Source: Dendrobates tinctorius
Taxonomy: Eukaryota
Direction: 5' to 3'
DNA length: 64,000 bases
Assembly: GCF_039654945.1 (NCBI RefSeq)
Contig: NW_027361695.1
Span: 17,422,001-17,486,000, forward strand
Part shown: in pieces, positions 1 to 12,995 of the stretch
How positions within the stretch are numbered: the stretch's first letter is position 1
Layout of the letters: every line of letters starts with the position of its first letter
The notes under the pieces: model-generated
Database searches by the model: none
What the model was told of the DNA's origin: nothing
Seen by the model: only the letters and a program-made list of their open reading frames with translations
Translations under genes and position numbers: made by a program

Positions 1-216
1 ACCGGCCGCTTGGCCTCTGCAATGCATAGTAAATCACTGGCTTAAAGAAGACAGCATAAATCATCCATTTAAAGTGTTTTTATACCCCCTTAAAGTGACC
101 CTAACAAGCTTGTGACAGGTCAGCAAAAAACAAAGCGGTAAGACATTCCAACTAGTACTCCTCCATATTAGACACTGATTGGGGTAACAACTTACAGATC
201 CCGGGGTTGGCTTTAA

Positions 217-972
217 AGGATTATTTCCATATTCATAAATGGGATATTATCGGATAATGCTGGTAAATACAAACAATTTTTCAATTTACTGTTTACTAAA
301 ATTTTCACTTTTTTTAAGATATTAATATTTTTCTTTACCGTTTGTTGCCTTGGAGACCAACCGCCGCTGCTAAACAGCAGAACATGGGCAAACCTCTTTT
401 CTGTTGAGAACATAGGCACAGTTTTGAAGCTGGCCAGGATCGCTGGGGTGCACATTGTTACCTCCTAATTAGTGATGAGCGAGTATACTTGTTGCTCGGG
501 TTTTCCCGAGCATGCTCGGGTGACCTCCGAGTATTTTGGCGTGCTCGGAGATTTCGTTTTTGTCGAAGTAGCTGCACGATTTACAGCTAATAGACAGCCT
601 GAATACATGTGGGTATTCCCTTACAAACAGGCATTCCTCACACGTATTCAGCCTGTCCAGCAGCCGCAAATCATGCAGCTGAGACGAGGAAAACTAAATC
701 TCCGAGCACGCCAAAATATTCGGAGGACACCCGAGCATGCTCGGGAAAACCCGAGCAATGAGTATACTCGCTCATCACTACTTCTAATCCTAGCTGGCTT
801 TAACATAGTGCTCACAAGCTATAGACAGCAGCGTTGGTCGGTCTCCTAGGCAACAAAAGAAAAGTGTTAATATTTCAAGAACTTCAAATTTTACTAAGCA
901 GTACATTGCAAAAGTGCTAATTTTTACATGAAATATCTGGAAATATACATATATGAAGATGGGATTAAGCCT
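217..972. mobile_element. Non-autonomous DNA transposon (MITE) with TTAA target duplication (T2/Kolobok-like)
   Basis: TTAA at 213-216 and 973-976. The left end aggattatttccatattcata matches the reverse complement of the right end (aggcttaatcccatcttcata), and inverted similarity continues inward. Confidence 0.7.
470..780. mobile_element. Palindromic hAT-type MITE nested in the TTAA MITE
   Basis: TIRs tagtgatgagcgagtatact...agtatactcgctcatcacta; 8-bp TSD ctcctaat/cttctaat. Confidence 0.85.
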
Positions 973-1592
973 TTAAAATTATCCCCCTCTGACCCTAATA
1001 ACACTGATATGGTTTCCCCCGTCTCATTAGAGCAGCAATTACGCATGCGCACAATTACGCATGCGCACTATCACTCAATTGAAAGGCAGTCAAACTTCCC
1101 AGAAAAAGTAAATAACTAACGTGGCCCTCTGGTGTAGGCCTGTACATACTCGTCTGTGTTCCCAAAGCAAATTTTCTATGATGAACCAGATTCGAGGAGA
1201 ACTTGCGGCCACTTACCGCTCCTACACTCCCACTCCCCGTACTGGCCAATCACAAAGTTGCCACGCCTGATAGCATACGGTAGATACTACTCCTCTACGA
1301 GTCGTGAATTCTCAAATATACCCAAAAACAACTGAAATATCATTTCATCATCATCATTTACTATAATGTTCACATCGGAGCTCCACTGCTCCAGCCGGCC
1401 TCCAATGTCAGCCGGTCGGACCGGAACACCGGATGTAAATTCTTTTCAATATCAAACCAATATTATTGTTCATCTGTTGTGCGGTCACTGCGGTGCCCCC
1501 CAAAATTTGCAGGGCTCATTGGCCGGTGGCCAAACAATTCTGGTCACCTACTGGTCTATTGTTTTCCAAATATCTCCAACTTTCTGAGCTGT

Positions 1593-1694
1593 GGGCAGCA
1601 CGGTGGCTCAGTGGTTAGCGCTGCAACCTTGCAGCGCTGGAGTCCTGGGTTTGAATCCCACCAAGGAGTTTGTATATTCTCCCCGTGTTTGCGT

Positions 1695-1725
<31 letters not shown>

Positions 1726-1830
1726 ACACTCCAAAGACATACTGATAGGGAATTTAGATTGTGGTTTGCACAGTGATGAAAATATGTGCAAACTGTAAAG
1801 CGCTGCAGAATATGTTAGCGCTATATAAAA
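1593..1830 (+). mobile_element. tRNA-derived SINE (V-SINE-like) with L2-type 3' tail
   Basis: A box (tggctcagtgg) and B-box-like ggtttgaatcc; V-domain-like core gtgggtttcctccgggcactccggtttcctcccac; tail tgtaaagcgctgcagaatatgttagcgctatataaaa. Confidence 0.85.
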
Positions 1831-2099
1831 AGAAAGAGCTGAGCTATCAATAAGAAAAAACAAGTAGAATGAAGATAGATGGAAAACAAGTAAGCTGAAA
1901 GCTGTACTGAACTGTTTGACCATAACAAGGTTGGAAAAAGCACCTGTGCTTGGGTTGAGCAGTCATTTTGAGCTGATAGGCTCCCTTTAAAAGAAGGAGG
2001 GAGACCAGCTGCCACCAGACACTTCATGCAACTGTGTATCTCCTGGAAGAACAAATGATTTAAACACTTCAGGTCTATTAATCCACCATCATCAGATGA

Positions 2100-2317
2100 T
2101 CGGGATACAGTTGAAGAACAAGATCCACACGGAAGAGGATTCAGATAGAAGAGAATCCAGAAAGAAAAGTATCCAGACGGAAGAGGATCCACACGGAAGA
2201 GGATTCAGACAAAAGAAGATCCAGACAGAAAAGGATGCGGACAAAAAAGAATCCACAAAGAACAGGATCCAGACAGAAGAGGATCCAGATAGAAGAGGAT
2301 CCAGGCAGTAGAGGATC
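2100..2317. repeat. Purine-rich minisatellite, unit about 18 bp (aagaggatccagacag-like)
   Basis: About 11 degenerate tandem units. One partial unit resumes at 3311, after the LTR insertion. Confidence 0.8.
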
Positions 2318-3310
2318 TGGGTCGCCCTCCCACGGCTGTGGGGTACTCGGTACTGGGCCGGTGTCAGGGGGATGTGTCACAGCAGCAGTGGCCCTGGGCG
2401 CCCAAGTAATGGAGGATGTAGTTAATGGAATGGAATAGCTCGTGACGCCACCTGTGGTGTTTGGCAAGGGAGATGTTAAGCCGACGCTGCAGACAGCTCC
2501 GCTGGGACAGATGGTGTGGTTCAGCAGTGATGGCATAGCCCTCCACAGGCAGGGCTAATGTCCCAGGGCAGTGTAGCGGTGGTTGGCACGGTGATGTAGC
2601 AGTGCCGTAAGGGTAGGAAGCAGACACAGCGGGGTGCAATTTCTGTACCTTTACTTGATAACTGCAGTCCAGGGTCCTGATTACAGATGGTAACAGAGCA
2701 GGCTAGCCTGGAAGCAACTCAGGGATTCTCTCTCACAGACGGGCTGTGCAGTCTCCTTCCTAGCGCCTTGTGGTGTGAAGCACTCCAGTACTAAGTTACT
2801 CTGAAGTTCCTCCTGTCAGATGTTCCCAAGAACCTCACTTGTACGGCAGACAGCTGTAGCCTATATCGGTGACTCCTCTTTAGTCCTGGCTCTCTATTCA
2901 AGCTGCTGTTGTGCCTCAAGTTTTAGATGGGAGTAGGGCATTTACAGCCTCCAACTCCTCTGGTATCTGTTGTAAGACCTTTAGTATCCGTACAGCCGTG
3001 GAGACCAGGCTCCAGTTCGTGCGCTCTCAGCTGAGGGAGCTCTCCTTCCTAGCTCAACCTCCAGCTTCTTCCTACACGTCTGCACACTTCACCCTCCGCA
3101 GTCTATCTGACCACTCCTTCCTCTTGGCCCTCAGAGGGCACCCCTCCCCTCAATCCTGGTTCAGAGTTCCCCCTGCTGGCCTGGAGTGGAACTGTGTTGC
3201 ATGTATGAATTGACTGCGAGAGAGACTCATCATTGCCTCAAAGCCTGGCATTACCCTCCCCTGGAGGAAGGCAAAGCCACTGTGGCGACCATACGCCTGG
3301 GGGCGCCACA
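2318..3310 (-). mobile_element. Solo LTR (Gypsy-like), related to the copies at 10138 and 62256
   Basis: TG...CA ends and a perfect 4-bp TSD GATC. The first ~700 bp align by eye with 62256 onward. Strand is assigned relative to the 10138 copy. Confidence 0.8.
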
Positions 3311-4107
3311 GATCCAGAAAGATTTTTTTTTCTTGTAAAATTAGGAGCCAATTAGAACAGGTTACAAAAAAATAGAAATCTTGTTTTAAAGGGACCGCTT
3401 TCCAAACGTAAAAAAAATGCTTCATTGGGATAGCAAACATGGAGTGAACAGGCTCTTAGATTGTGGACTCATCCCAACAACATAAACCTATATTGTGTAT
3501 CCTAAGCTGAGAGTAGACTAAATGCACACGTGTTCTTATAACAGGTGATGGCAGGCAATGTGATTATGTCGACACGCGTGTCCTAACCACAGACTTCCCG
3601 AGAAGAATCCGAGATGTGAATTACGGGGCGTATTGATTTTTCAGTGTTTTGTCCTGGGATCACCTGCTGCTGCCTCCCCGCTCAGCTCATCGTGGCTCTT
3701 GTGTGCCTGGAAGCTATGCTTATGGTTTATGGTCAGTGACATTGTATTACATATATATCATCCACCTACCATATATTGATACAGACACTTTACTATATTC
3801 TCTATAGATATTTTATCACTAAAGCTGTTTTATTTATTTTATTCTTTCTCTGCAGAAAAGATCTTTTACTTGTGCACCATTATGAGTAATATTAGTCCGT
3901 ATCTGTATAGAAGTCGATAACATTGCTCATCCTGAGCCACCTTGTCCAGGTGTATCAAGCGAGAACTTCAGACTGACTATGATAAACCGCCAAAGCAATA
4001 TTGTTAAGGGCCTGTTCACATCATGCTTTGGCCACATGTTCATGACTCCATCGACAGTTGAGTCTGAGGCATGTGGATGTCAGTATGGAGAGTCTCATGT
4101 CATTCAC

Positions 4108-4482
4108 AGAGGACCCTTCACTTGCCATATTTATGTATTTATTTATTTTTTTTGTAAATGGTGTGATTCTCCTGATTCTGGCGCTGTTTTTCTTTTGTTC
4201 CTGCACCTCTCCATTCCTGAGATACAGCCCTTTCTTCTCTGATTATAAATCCATTTTTTTTAAGCCAACTGGGCGAGGTCATCAAGATTATGCCCACAGA
4301 GAATAGTTGAGGATAACGCCCACTTGGCTAAAGAGACTAGATTTATATGCAGGGAAGAAGGAGCCATATCTCAGGAATAGGGAGGCTCAGGAACAAAAGA
4401 AAACTATCGCCGGATTCAGGGGAACAGCGGCATTTACACCAGATAAACAAAATGCACATTTGTGGCAAGTGACGGGTCCCCT
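4108..4482. mobile_element. Degenerate palindromic MITE
   Basis: ggacccttcacttgcca...tggcaagtgacgggtcc termini with internal inverted arms. Confidence 0.65.
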
Positions 4483-5911
4483 ATAATGAGCCAAAGCTGA
4501 GATCCACAAAGTATCAGCCCCACCTGTTCTGGAGAACCTAGCCCGCCTGTGTACATATTGGACACTTATTTGTATAATCATGATGTAATGCTTCATTTCC
4601 CCACCAGTGGGCGCTGCAGGGGCCAACGTTTGGCGACTCGATCGTCGAGGATTTCAGGCACCAGACTAACTATATTTGCTTTTGCTGAGACATTCCCTTG
4701 GATTAGCAGTCTGAATGTCCATGGAGTGCAATGTGCAGACGTTTACCCTGGACTGTGAAAGCTAAATCAAGAGGCAGCCATCTTTAGGTCAATTTTTAAC
4801 CCTTGCCTGACAGAGATCGTTCTGCTCCAGCGGTAGTTAATAGGATGATAGATACATTACTAACACTAAATTATTCCTTTAAGCAATTTTTACAGCAGAA
4901 TACAAGGCTCAGAGAGCAAACGTAAGAATTATATTCCCCCAAAATCTACAAATGTACGATAGGATGATAGGGATCCGCAGCTTGGCTTAACGCTGACATA
5001 TCGCCGGCTTTTTATTTATTACAATCTGATATCTATGTGTAAAGCATGGCTTAAAAAACAACATTATTAGGTTCCGTGGAAGATTCTTTGTTTAGCAGAG
5101 TTACCAACACAGACAATGAAAAAAAAAAATACTGAATAAGACATTTCTACGCGTTTCGCCTTGGACAGCAGCTGGGAGTTTCGGTCTATTGTATGCCAAC
5201 AGCTCCACCTCTAGGCCGCGTGCTGTATTGCAGGCACCATCCCTGTATATAATATCAGACTTAATAATCAGTTAATATGGTTATCTGCGCCGGCTTGTGA
5301 AAGTGAGATAATTATTATATTTCGAGTCTCCTTCCTACTTGTCTGTGCTTCATTAACGCATGCTGATTACACCAGGCTGCTGTATTTGTACCGAATCTGC
5401 ATAAATGTGACCGTAACCGCGGCCAAGAGGCGAGTATAACATCAGCCTCGCCAGCAGATTGTTAGAAACGTCTATTTCCAGCCTCATGTCAGGAATATGA
5501 TTATTCGTAGGGTCTACTCCGTGACGTGACCTTTGCATTCTCCCATTGGAGTCATTAACACGTATCCCCCCATTAGTGTCGCGCCGGCCTGTAATATGTC
5601 ACGTCTGTCATCAACGCTATAATAGGACAATTCCTAGGAACGGTGACGGTCTTTCCTCTGCTCTAAAATATAAAAAAAAATACACCACTGGCATTGATTT
5701 ATGGGAGATCTCAGGCGATACACGTGGGACGCTCGAGCATCTGCCACATATATTTTCTAGGAAAAAATGGGGGAAAAAAAGGAGCTGTGTTCATGCCATA
5801 AGGTTTGTATGATGTATGATTGACATCTCTGGCTTCCTTCTGCTCATCAGATCCATGAAAATCTGTTAAAGTGTTACATATCCCTAAAGCTCACTTTATT
5901 TAACCCCCTCA

Positions 5912-6650
5912 GGTCTGACTTATTTTGTTCTTTGGGACAAAGTTTTTTTTTTAATATTATTTTTATCATTATTTTTTTTATTATTTCTGACCTATTTTGA
6001 ATCTTTGGGACAAAGTTTTATTTTTTCAAATTATTTTTATTATTAGCATTTCTGACCTATTTTTGGTCTTTGGGACAAAGGCTTTTTTTTCCAGATTATT
6101 ATTATTATTATTATATGTGTATTTTTTCAGATTATTATTATTACTGTTATTTTACACCCACTGTATTTTACACCCACTGTATTTTATACCTACTGTANNN
6201 NNNNNNNNNNNNNNNNNNNNNNNNNNNNNNNNNNNNNNNNNNNNNNNNNNNNNNNNNNNNNNNNNNNNNNNNNNNNNNNNNNNNNNNNNNNNNNNNNNNN
6301 NNNNNNNNNNNNNNNNNNNNNNNNNNNNNNNNNNCTGTATTTTGGTTCTTTGGGACGAAGGCTTTTTTCTCCAGATTATTATTATTACTATTATTATTAA
6401 TTATTATTATTATTACATGTATTTTTTCAGATTATTAGTAGTAGTAGTAGTAGTATTATAATATATGTATTTTTTCAGATTATCATTATTACTTTTATTA
6501 TTTCTCACCTATTTTGGTTCTTTGGGACAAAGTTTTTTGTTTCATATTATTTTCATTATTATTATTATTACCAACCTATTTTGGGACTTTGGGATGAAGG
6601 CTTTTTCATAATATTATTATTATTATAATTATTATTATTATTATTATTAT
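5912..6650. repeat. AT-rich tandem repeat (ctgacctattttggttctttgggacaaag + (TTA)n) spanning an assembly gap
   Basis: About 6 visible copies of the tttgggacaaag motif; N run at 6198-6334. Confidence 0.8.
6198..6334. other. Assembly gap (137 N)
   Basis: Run of N inside a tandem repeat. Confidence 1.
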
Positions 6651-6729
6651 TATATGTTTTGTTTGTTTTTTATATTTTTTACAATGTGGCCAAATTTTGG
6701 CATGTTTTTTCCAAGATGAGTCATACTCA

Positions 6730-6794
6730 TCAGTGGCTCCATTTTCAGGGTCCATAAAATGTATCTTTTATTAGAGAAGTTGTCCACTAATTTA

Positions 6795-6833
<39 letters not shown>

Positions 6834-8036
6834 TGAATGCATGTATTTGGGGCTAAAAATCATTTTTGCGATTGGGTTTCATTACATATTTTGCACCGTA
6901 TGGCTTTTACAGGCTCTTTGTTTCCTTACCCAATCAACTTTATTAGAGTCTGTGGTCATCCATCAGCTTAGAGAAGCTCAGAAAATAACAGATAAAAGAG
7001 TTAGAACCTCTCCCATTAAATTGCCAAGACGAGCTCACTGATGGATTCTCGGTGAACTCATTCTGCAGTCAGCAATAGACAGTGCAACAAGGAGGCTATA
7101 GAAGGCAAATGGTGAAAAACTTATAAATAAAACCTGCCGTAATTGCAAAAATGTTTTTAAGCCTCAAATACACACATATAAATAATAATAATAATTCCCC
7201 TGAAGGTGTACAACCCCATCTCCAGACCCCTTAGTATATTTAGACCCCTAACCAGGATAATTAATTCAGACCAAATAGAAGAAACCTAAATTCAATTCAT
7301 TTAGAAATCATACAAGAACTCAAAAATCCTTTAAGCAATAAAAACTCAGACGCCCCCTAAATTTATCTGCACCCCAGACATGTTCCCCTAAATTAATTAG
7401 ACTTGGATCATGAAGATCAAATTAACAGTACAGGGCTGCATATCCTTAAAAATCACTTTATTTTACCCCCACATAACCAACTTATTTAGAGTTTTTGAGA
7501 CAAAATATTTTTTTTTAATATTGTTAATTATTATTATTACCATTAATAATTTTTTTCCAATGTTGCAAAATTTTTTATTTCTTTATTTTTTCCATGATAA
7601 GCTATATTCGTAAATGGCTCAATTTTTGGGGCTCCATAAAATGTACCTTTTATTAGGGAGCTGTCCACTAATTTAAATGTATAATATTATTATTATTATT
7701 TGGGGTTAACATCATTTTTATATATTATTGCCCTGTTTGGCCTTTTCAGTCTCTTTGTTTCCCTGCACACTCAACTTTGATGAGGTCTGTGGTCATAAAT
7801 CAGCTAAGAGAAGATCAGAAAAAGACAGATAAAAGTGTTAGAACCTCTCCTAATAGATTGCCAAAATGAGCTCACTGATGGATTCTCCGTGAAATCATTC
7901 TACAGCCCGAAGCTGTAGAAGGCAAGCGGTGCACAATTTTTAATAAAACCTAATTGCAAATATATCTTTTTTTTTAGTCTCAAATACATGTCTTTTAATA
8001 ATAATAAATAAAGTGCCTCGAAAGTGGACAACCCCT
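6730..8036. repeat. Two diverged direct copies (about 6730-7216 and 7612-8036) of a MITE-derived segment
   Basis: Shared blocks tccataaaatgta..., gagctcactgatggattctc..., acaacccc. A third partial copy lies near 14020-14200. Confidence 0.6.
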
Positions 8037-8298
8037 TTTTTTTAAGAAATAAAAAATAAAAAAACTATACTCGTCTATTGGACCGACATCACTTCTCTGA
8101 AACAGTACTCTTTTGCCAAACCATCTCCACTCCACACATTAACAGGAAGGAACAGCTCTCATCCTGTTGGAACAAAAAGGTGAAGGCTGCAGTCGATCAG
8201 TGGCTGCAGAAGTTATTAATTTATTTTCATCTATGTTTTATTACCTTTGTGCAATAAACGCACCATTTGGAAAAAATGTTTCTGCACAACCCCTTTAA

Positions 8299-8748
8299 AG
8301 TAAATCTGTCATTAGGTTTTTTCTCTGCCATCTGAGAACAATATGATGTAGGGGCAGAGACCTTGATCCTAGCGATGTGTCACTTATGGGGCTGCTTGCT
8401 GAAGTTTTAATAAAATCACTATTTTATCTGCTGCAGATCTATCAGTTCTCTAAATGCTGAGCTCTGTATAGCCCCACCCACACCACTGACTGGCAGCTTT
8501 TCTATGTACACTGTGCATAGGCAGAAAGCTACTAATCACTGGTGGGGGCGGAGTTATACAAGGCTCATAAATATAGAGGACTACATGGTGCCAGGTTTAC
8601 TAGTCCTCTAGTGATAATCTCCTGCTGATAAAACAATGATTTTATCAAAACTGTATCCCAGTAAGCGACACATCACTGGAATCAGGATCTCTGCCCCTAC
8701 ATTTGGCTGCTCTCAGATTAAGTATATAAAACCTGGTTGCACATTCCT
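8299..8748. mobile_element. TTAA-class palindromic MITE (same family as 20522-20962)
   Basis: Starts ttaa|agtaaatctgtcattaggtttt; inverted arms; a homologous copy in opposite orientation starts at 20522. Confidence 0.7.
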
Positions 8749-8968
8749 TGGAAGCTTAGCCACAGAATTACCTTTTTCACTGGGAAATGCAATGTCAGCA
8801 GTCCAGGACATCGCAGCTGAGCTACAAATCTCTACTATGTACCACGAAAAGTACACAACCTACTCTCTTCTCCTACACCATCTCCAAGGCTAAATTGAGA
8901 CGATGGTGTAAGGAATCATCCAATTCGCAGCAATAAAAAAATGTTTTTTTTTAATCTGTATTGTCATC

Positions 8969-9797
8969 TGTTATGATTGAGTCACCGTAGGAGGCAAAAA
9001 CAGAATTGCTAGCTAAGTCCAGAAAACCAGAGAAGTTGGCAACTATCAGATTGCAGACCCCTGAACCTATCAACACAACTAGCAGTAGCCGTGGGGGGTT
9101 CCTACGATGACCTAGACCCCTCGATCACAGCCGGAGAGATACATAGGCCTAAAGAAGGAAAGGGGAAAACTAACTGCCCCAGAGCAGACCCCAAAGCAAT
9201 AGGCAGCCCCCAACATATAATGACGGTGAAGCAAGATGAAAACACTTACACAGACAGAAAGACGGGCTGAGCAAAGACGGGGCCCAAAAACTACCTAGAT
9301 AGGAACGGATAGGAAGGCTGCTGTCTGCAATCTGCCAAAACCCTATCAGAGACAAAAGCCAACAAGCTGATATAAAAATGGCCCTGAAGCAACTAAGCTT
9401 CAAAAACTAAATCAGCACTCAGGTACTTTCAGAAGACAGAACTAACGGAACACTGCACACTCCAGCAGGGAGTGGCAGAATCCAAAAAGCAAGAAAAACA
9501 AAAACAAATCTTAAATGCAAAAAGGCAAAACAGAAAACTTAGCTTTAGGAGAGCAGGAATCAGACTGGTGTCCAAGAGTCCACAGAGAAATCACCCGCAG
9601 GGCAGAAAGGGCGTAGGCTGCCTTAAATCCAGTCAGTGACTCCACTCAGCCAATCGTCTTCATTAGTCCCAGGTGCCTGATAATCAGGCTCACTACCTTC
9701 CTTCACTAGAATAGGGAGTTCACCAGGCCTCAGTGACGGAGGGGAAAATGAACTCACAACAGTCATCTGTATGGCAAATGCTATACGGATTACAACA
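8969..9797. mobile_element. Probable solo LTR
   Basis: tgttatgat...attacaaca inverted termini and LTR-like composition; TSD not clear. Confidence 0.55.
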
Positions 9798-10137
9798 CAG
9801 ATTAAAAAAATGAAATTAAAAAAGAGAGCCCCGAGGAGAGCGAGTGCCAACACCGCAGGAACGGCGCCAACACAGGAGGTGAGTATTGGCTTTTTTATGC
9901 TATCGGGGCCAAACATTTTGATCAAGAAGGGGTTGTGCGGACCCATACCCGGTACTGTACGTCTACCATCTCCATGAGGTCACTCATCCTTATGTTCATA
10001 CCCTGGAGATAATGGCCTGGTTTACCCAGAGCTTCTCTTGTGCATGGCAGACGTTCTGTCCGGTCCATTAATTAACATCTGACTTTCAATGCTTGACCGG
10101 CAGAGGACGGACGTTGGATGTTGACTGGCGAAGACTG

Positions 10138-11462
10138 TGTGGCGCCCCTGAGGCTTCAGTCGCCACAGAGGTACTGCACCTCCTCCTGAGGTGTGGTGCC
10201 CCACCATCCAGGTAAGGTGAGAACTCCTGACCACGCTCCAACACTCGCACCCCACACAACAGAGTAGTTCAGCAAAGTCACATTGCGGCTCCCTGCTTGG
10301 AGTGTAGCAGAGCACCTTTGGTGGTTCCCTGCTTGGAACACAAAACGTGCTGGGAGGCGGATGGAGTTGAGAATACATAAAGAGCGGGAAGAGTCAGTCA
10401 GTCAGTCAGTGAGTGGGAGAGAGAGAGAGAGTCACTCGGAGAGGAGTGAGGATCCCTGGAAGAGGGATGGAGGAAGGAGTGCTGCAGCTGCCTCAGTGAT
10501 CTGAGCCAGCTGGCACAGGAAAGGAAAGAAGGAGAAAGACATTGGACTGAAACCTGACCTTCTATGAGAGAGGGATTAGTACGGGACGAAGGAGAAAAAT
10601 GGAACAGAGAGGACGTGGGTTAGAGGAAGAACCCTGCCTAGAAGTTCTAAGCGCAAGGCCGAGGCCCGGTCCCCGAGGTTGTATGGACACTAATGGTTCT
10701 GCAGCAGACACCGGTGGAGTAGTGGGCTGTAAATGCACTATTCCCATCTAAGACTTGGGAGCACAACAGCAACGTGGATAGTGAGCCGGGACTCAGGAGT
10801 AAGCAGTCCCCGAAGCAGGCTACAGCTGTCTGCCGTACAAGTAGAGATCTTGGGAACATCAGTCAGGAGGCACTCCAGTGTAACTCAGTACTAGGAGTAC
10901 TTCACTCAAAGGCGCTATAGAGGAGACGTTCAGAAAGGTACATGTTGGCGGAGTGTTGGAAGGGAGCATCTTATCTTGCCTGGAGGTTGACGGAGCCCAG
11001 GACCCGGAGGACACAGCACGGAGGCAGGCATCTGTGTGAACTGCAGACTGTGAGTAAAGCTTTGGAACTACATGCCCTGGTGTCCTCCACTTATTCCCGC
11101 ATCACTACACCCTGCAAAGCTACATCTGGGCAACGGCCTCTACACCGCCTGTGCCTCTCCTCCATTGCTACATCTACACTGCCCTGGGACTACAGCTCCA
11201 CCTGTGGGGAGCTTCACCATCTTGGCTGCAACCCACCACCAGTCCCAGAGGATCTACATGCAGCATTGGCCTAACACCTCACTTGCCGAACACCACAGGT
11301 GGCGTCACAAACTATTCATAAACTTTATTTCATTGTTCATTCATCCCCTTTTTGCCATGGAGCCCCAGGGCCACGGACCGGGTCACAGCTTCCGTGAAAA
11401 CTCCCATTGATTTCAACGGGCCCAGTACTGAGTACCCCACTAGGCCCTGGTGGGGCGCTCCA
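10138..11462 (+). mobile_element. Solo LTR (Gypsy-like), about 1.3 kb
   Basis: tgtggcgcccc...ggggcgctcca termini; TSD actg/tctg; full-length inverted homologue at 62256-63559. Confidence 0.85.
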
Positions 11463-12626
11463 TCTGTATGTTGAGTCTTGACTGGCACCATCTGGTCTTC
11501 GCATGTCTTGCCTGCTCTGGTACCCAGGTATCTCCACTCCGGGGATTACCACAGGTTTTTTACTTAGCTGATGCATCTTCCCATTCTCACATCTTGGCGC
11601 AAACTGATCTGAGTTCCCGTTTCACCATCCTGGCCTTTTATATTTAGAAATTGCGCCACGGCTGTCACCTGACCCGGCGTACCCTTCAAGCTCTTCCCTT
11701 CAGGAATACTCTCCCCATCTTTTAGTTCCAGTCTGTTAAGCCCAACCAGTGGGAGGCGCCATTTGGTCTTGAGTACTGTGGAACGTTGGCTAATTTCATC
11801 TTCCTCCTTCCACCCCCTTACATACCCATAGACTCAAATAGGCGAGTCTCATCTGGAAGAGTCTAGTCTAGTGCATGTTGCGATTTTTCCTATCCTATGA
11901 TCCTATGAGCCCTATTAGCCCCTTCATCCCGGAGCAATTGACTTTTCTTTCTTTATTTTTCCCTCCCCTTTTTCCAAAAGCCACAACTCTTTTATATCTC
12001 CATCCACATAGCCAAATGAAGGCTTGTTTTTTGTGGGGCGTAGTGTAATTTCAATTTTTTTGTTTACTATATGGTAAAATTGACCTGGCAATTATGATTC
12101 TTCAGGTCGGTATGATTACTCAGATACCAAACATGTACAGTATAGTTTGGGGGGTTTTATTTACGGTAAGTGGTGAAAAAAAATAAATCAGAAACTTGCA
12201 CAAAAGAAAAAAAAAACTGCTTATGCCGCCAATTTCAAAGATCAGTTTTTGTGACATAGTGCCAGATGTGGGCTTATTTTTGTCGCGCTGAGCTGACGTT
12301 TTTACCGATACCATTTTGGGGTATATACGATGTTTTGATCGCCTCTTATTGCACAGTAGTGCAATGCTTCGGCAGCCCAAAAAACTAATTCTGGAGTTTT
12401 GATTCGTTTTTTCTTGTGACACCGTTTACCGATTAAATTAATTTACTTTATATTTTGATAGATCGGAATTTTACGAACGCAGAGATACCAGATATGTGTA
12501 TCTTTTATTTTTGAATTGTTTTATTTTTAATGGGCGGTGGTGATTGGAACTTTTGTGTTATTTTATTTTTTCAAACTTTTTCAAACTTTTTTTTCTAACT
12601 TTTCACTGTATTCAATAATTCCCTTA

Positions 12627-12809
12627 AGCCGGGATCACACATGCGAGGAATACGGCCGAGTCTCGCATGTTAATTCCCGGCACTCAGGAGCGGAGCGTGC
12701 GGCTGCATGTATTGCTATGCGGCTGCACACTCCGATCCGAGTGTCGGCGGCAGTGCTGGGTATTAAGATGCGAGACTCGACCGTATTCCTCGCATGTGTG
12801 AACCCAGCC
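12627..12809. mobile_element. PIF/Harbinger-type palindromic MITE
   Basis: gccgggatcacacatgcgaggaatacgg / ccgtattcctcgcatgtgtgaacccagc arms; TTA/TTG flanks. Confidence 0.75.
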
Positions 12810-12995
12810 TTGGGGGACTTGAAGCTGCGATCATCAGCACTGCTATATATAGCTAAAACCACTATCTCCTATGATTGCCAGCTCACGTGGAATGACCCCC
12901 TTCCGGCGTGTGTTACATGCCACTATCAGAGATTATTAGCAGAATGTAACACGTTAACAGCCGCTGGCTGAGCTCCACTCCACTTGCAGCTGTTA

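Noticed and set aside
1593-1672. tRNA gene
   Set aside because: It is the tRNA-derived head of a SINE, continuous with the SINE core and tail.
5140-5180. Minus-strand GAAACGCGUA half-hammerhead
   Set aside because: No CUGANGA upstream.
5997-6461. ORFs spanning the N run
   Set aside because: Artefacts of the gap and (TTA)n repeats.
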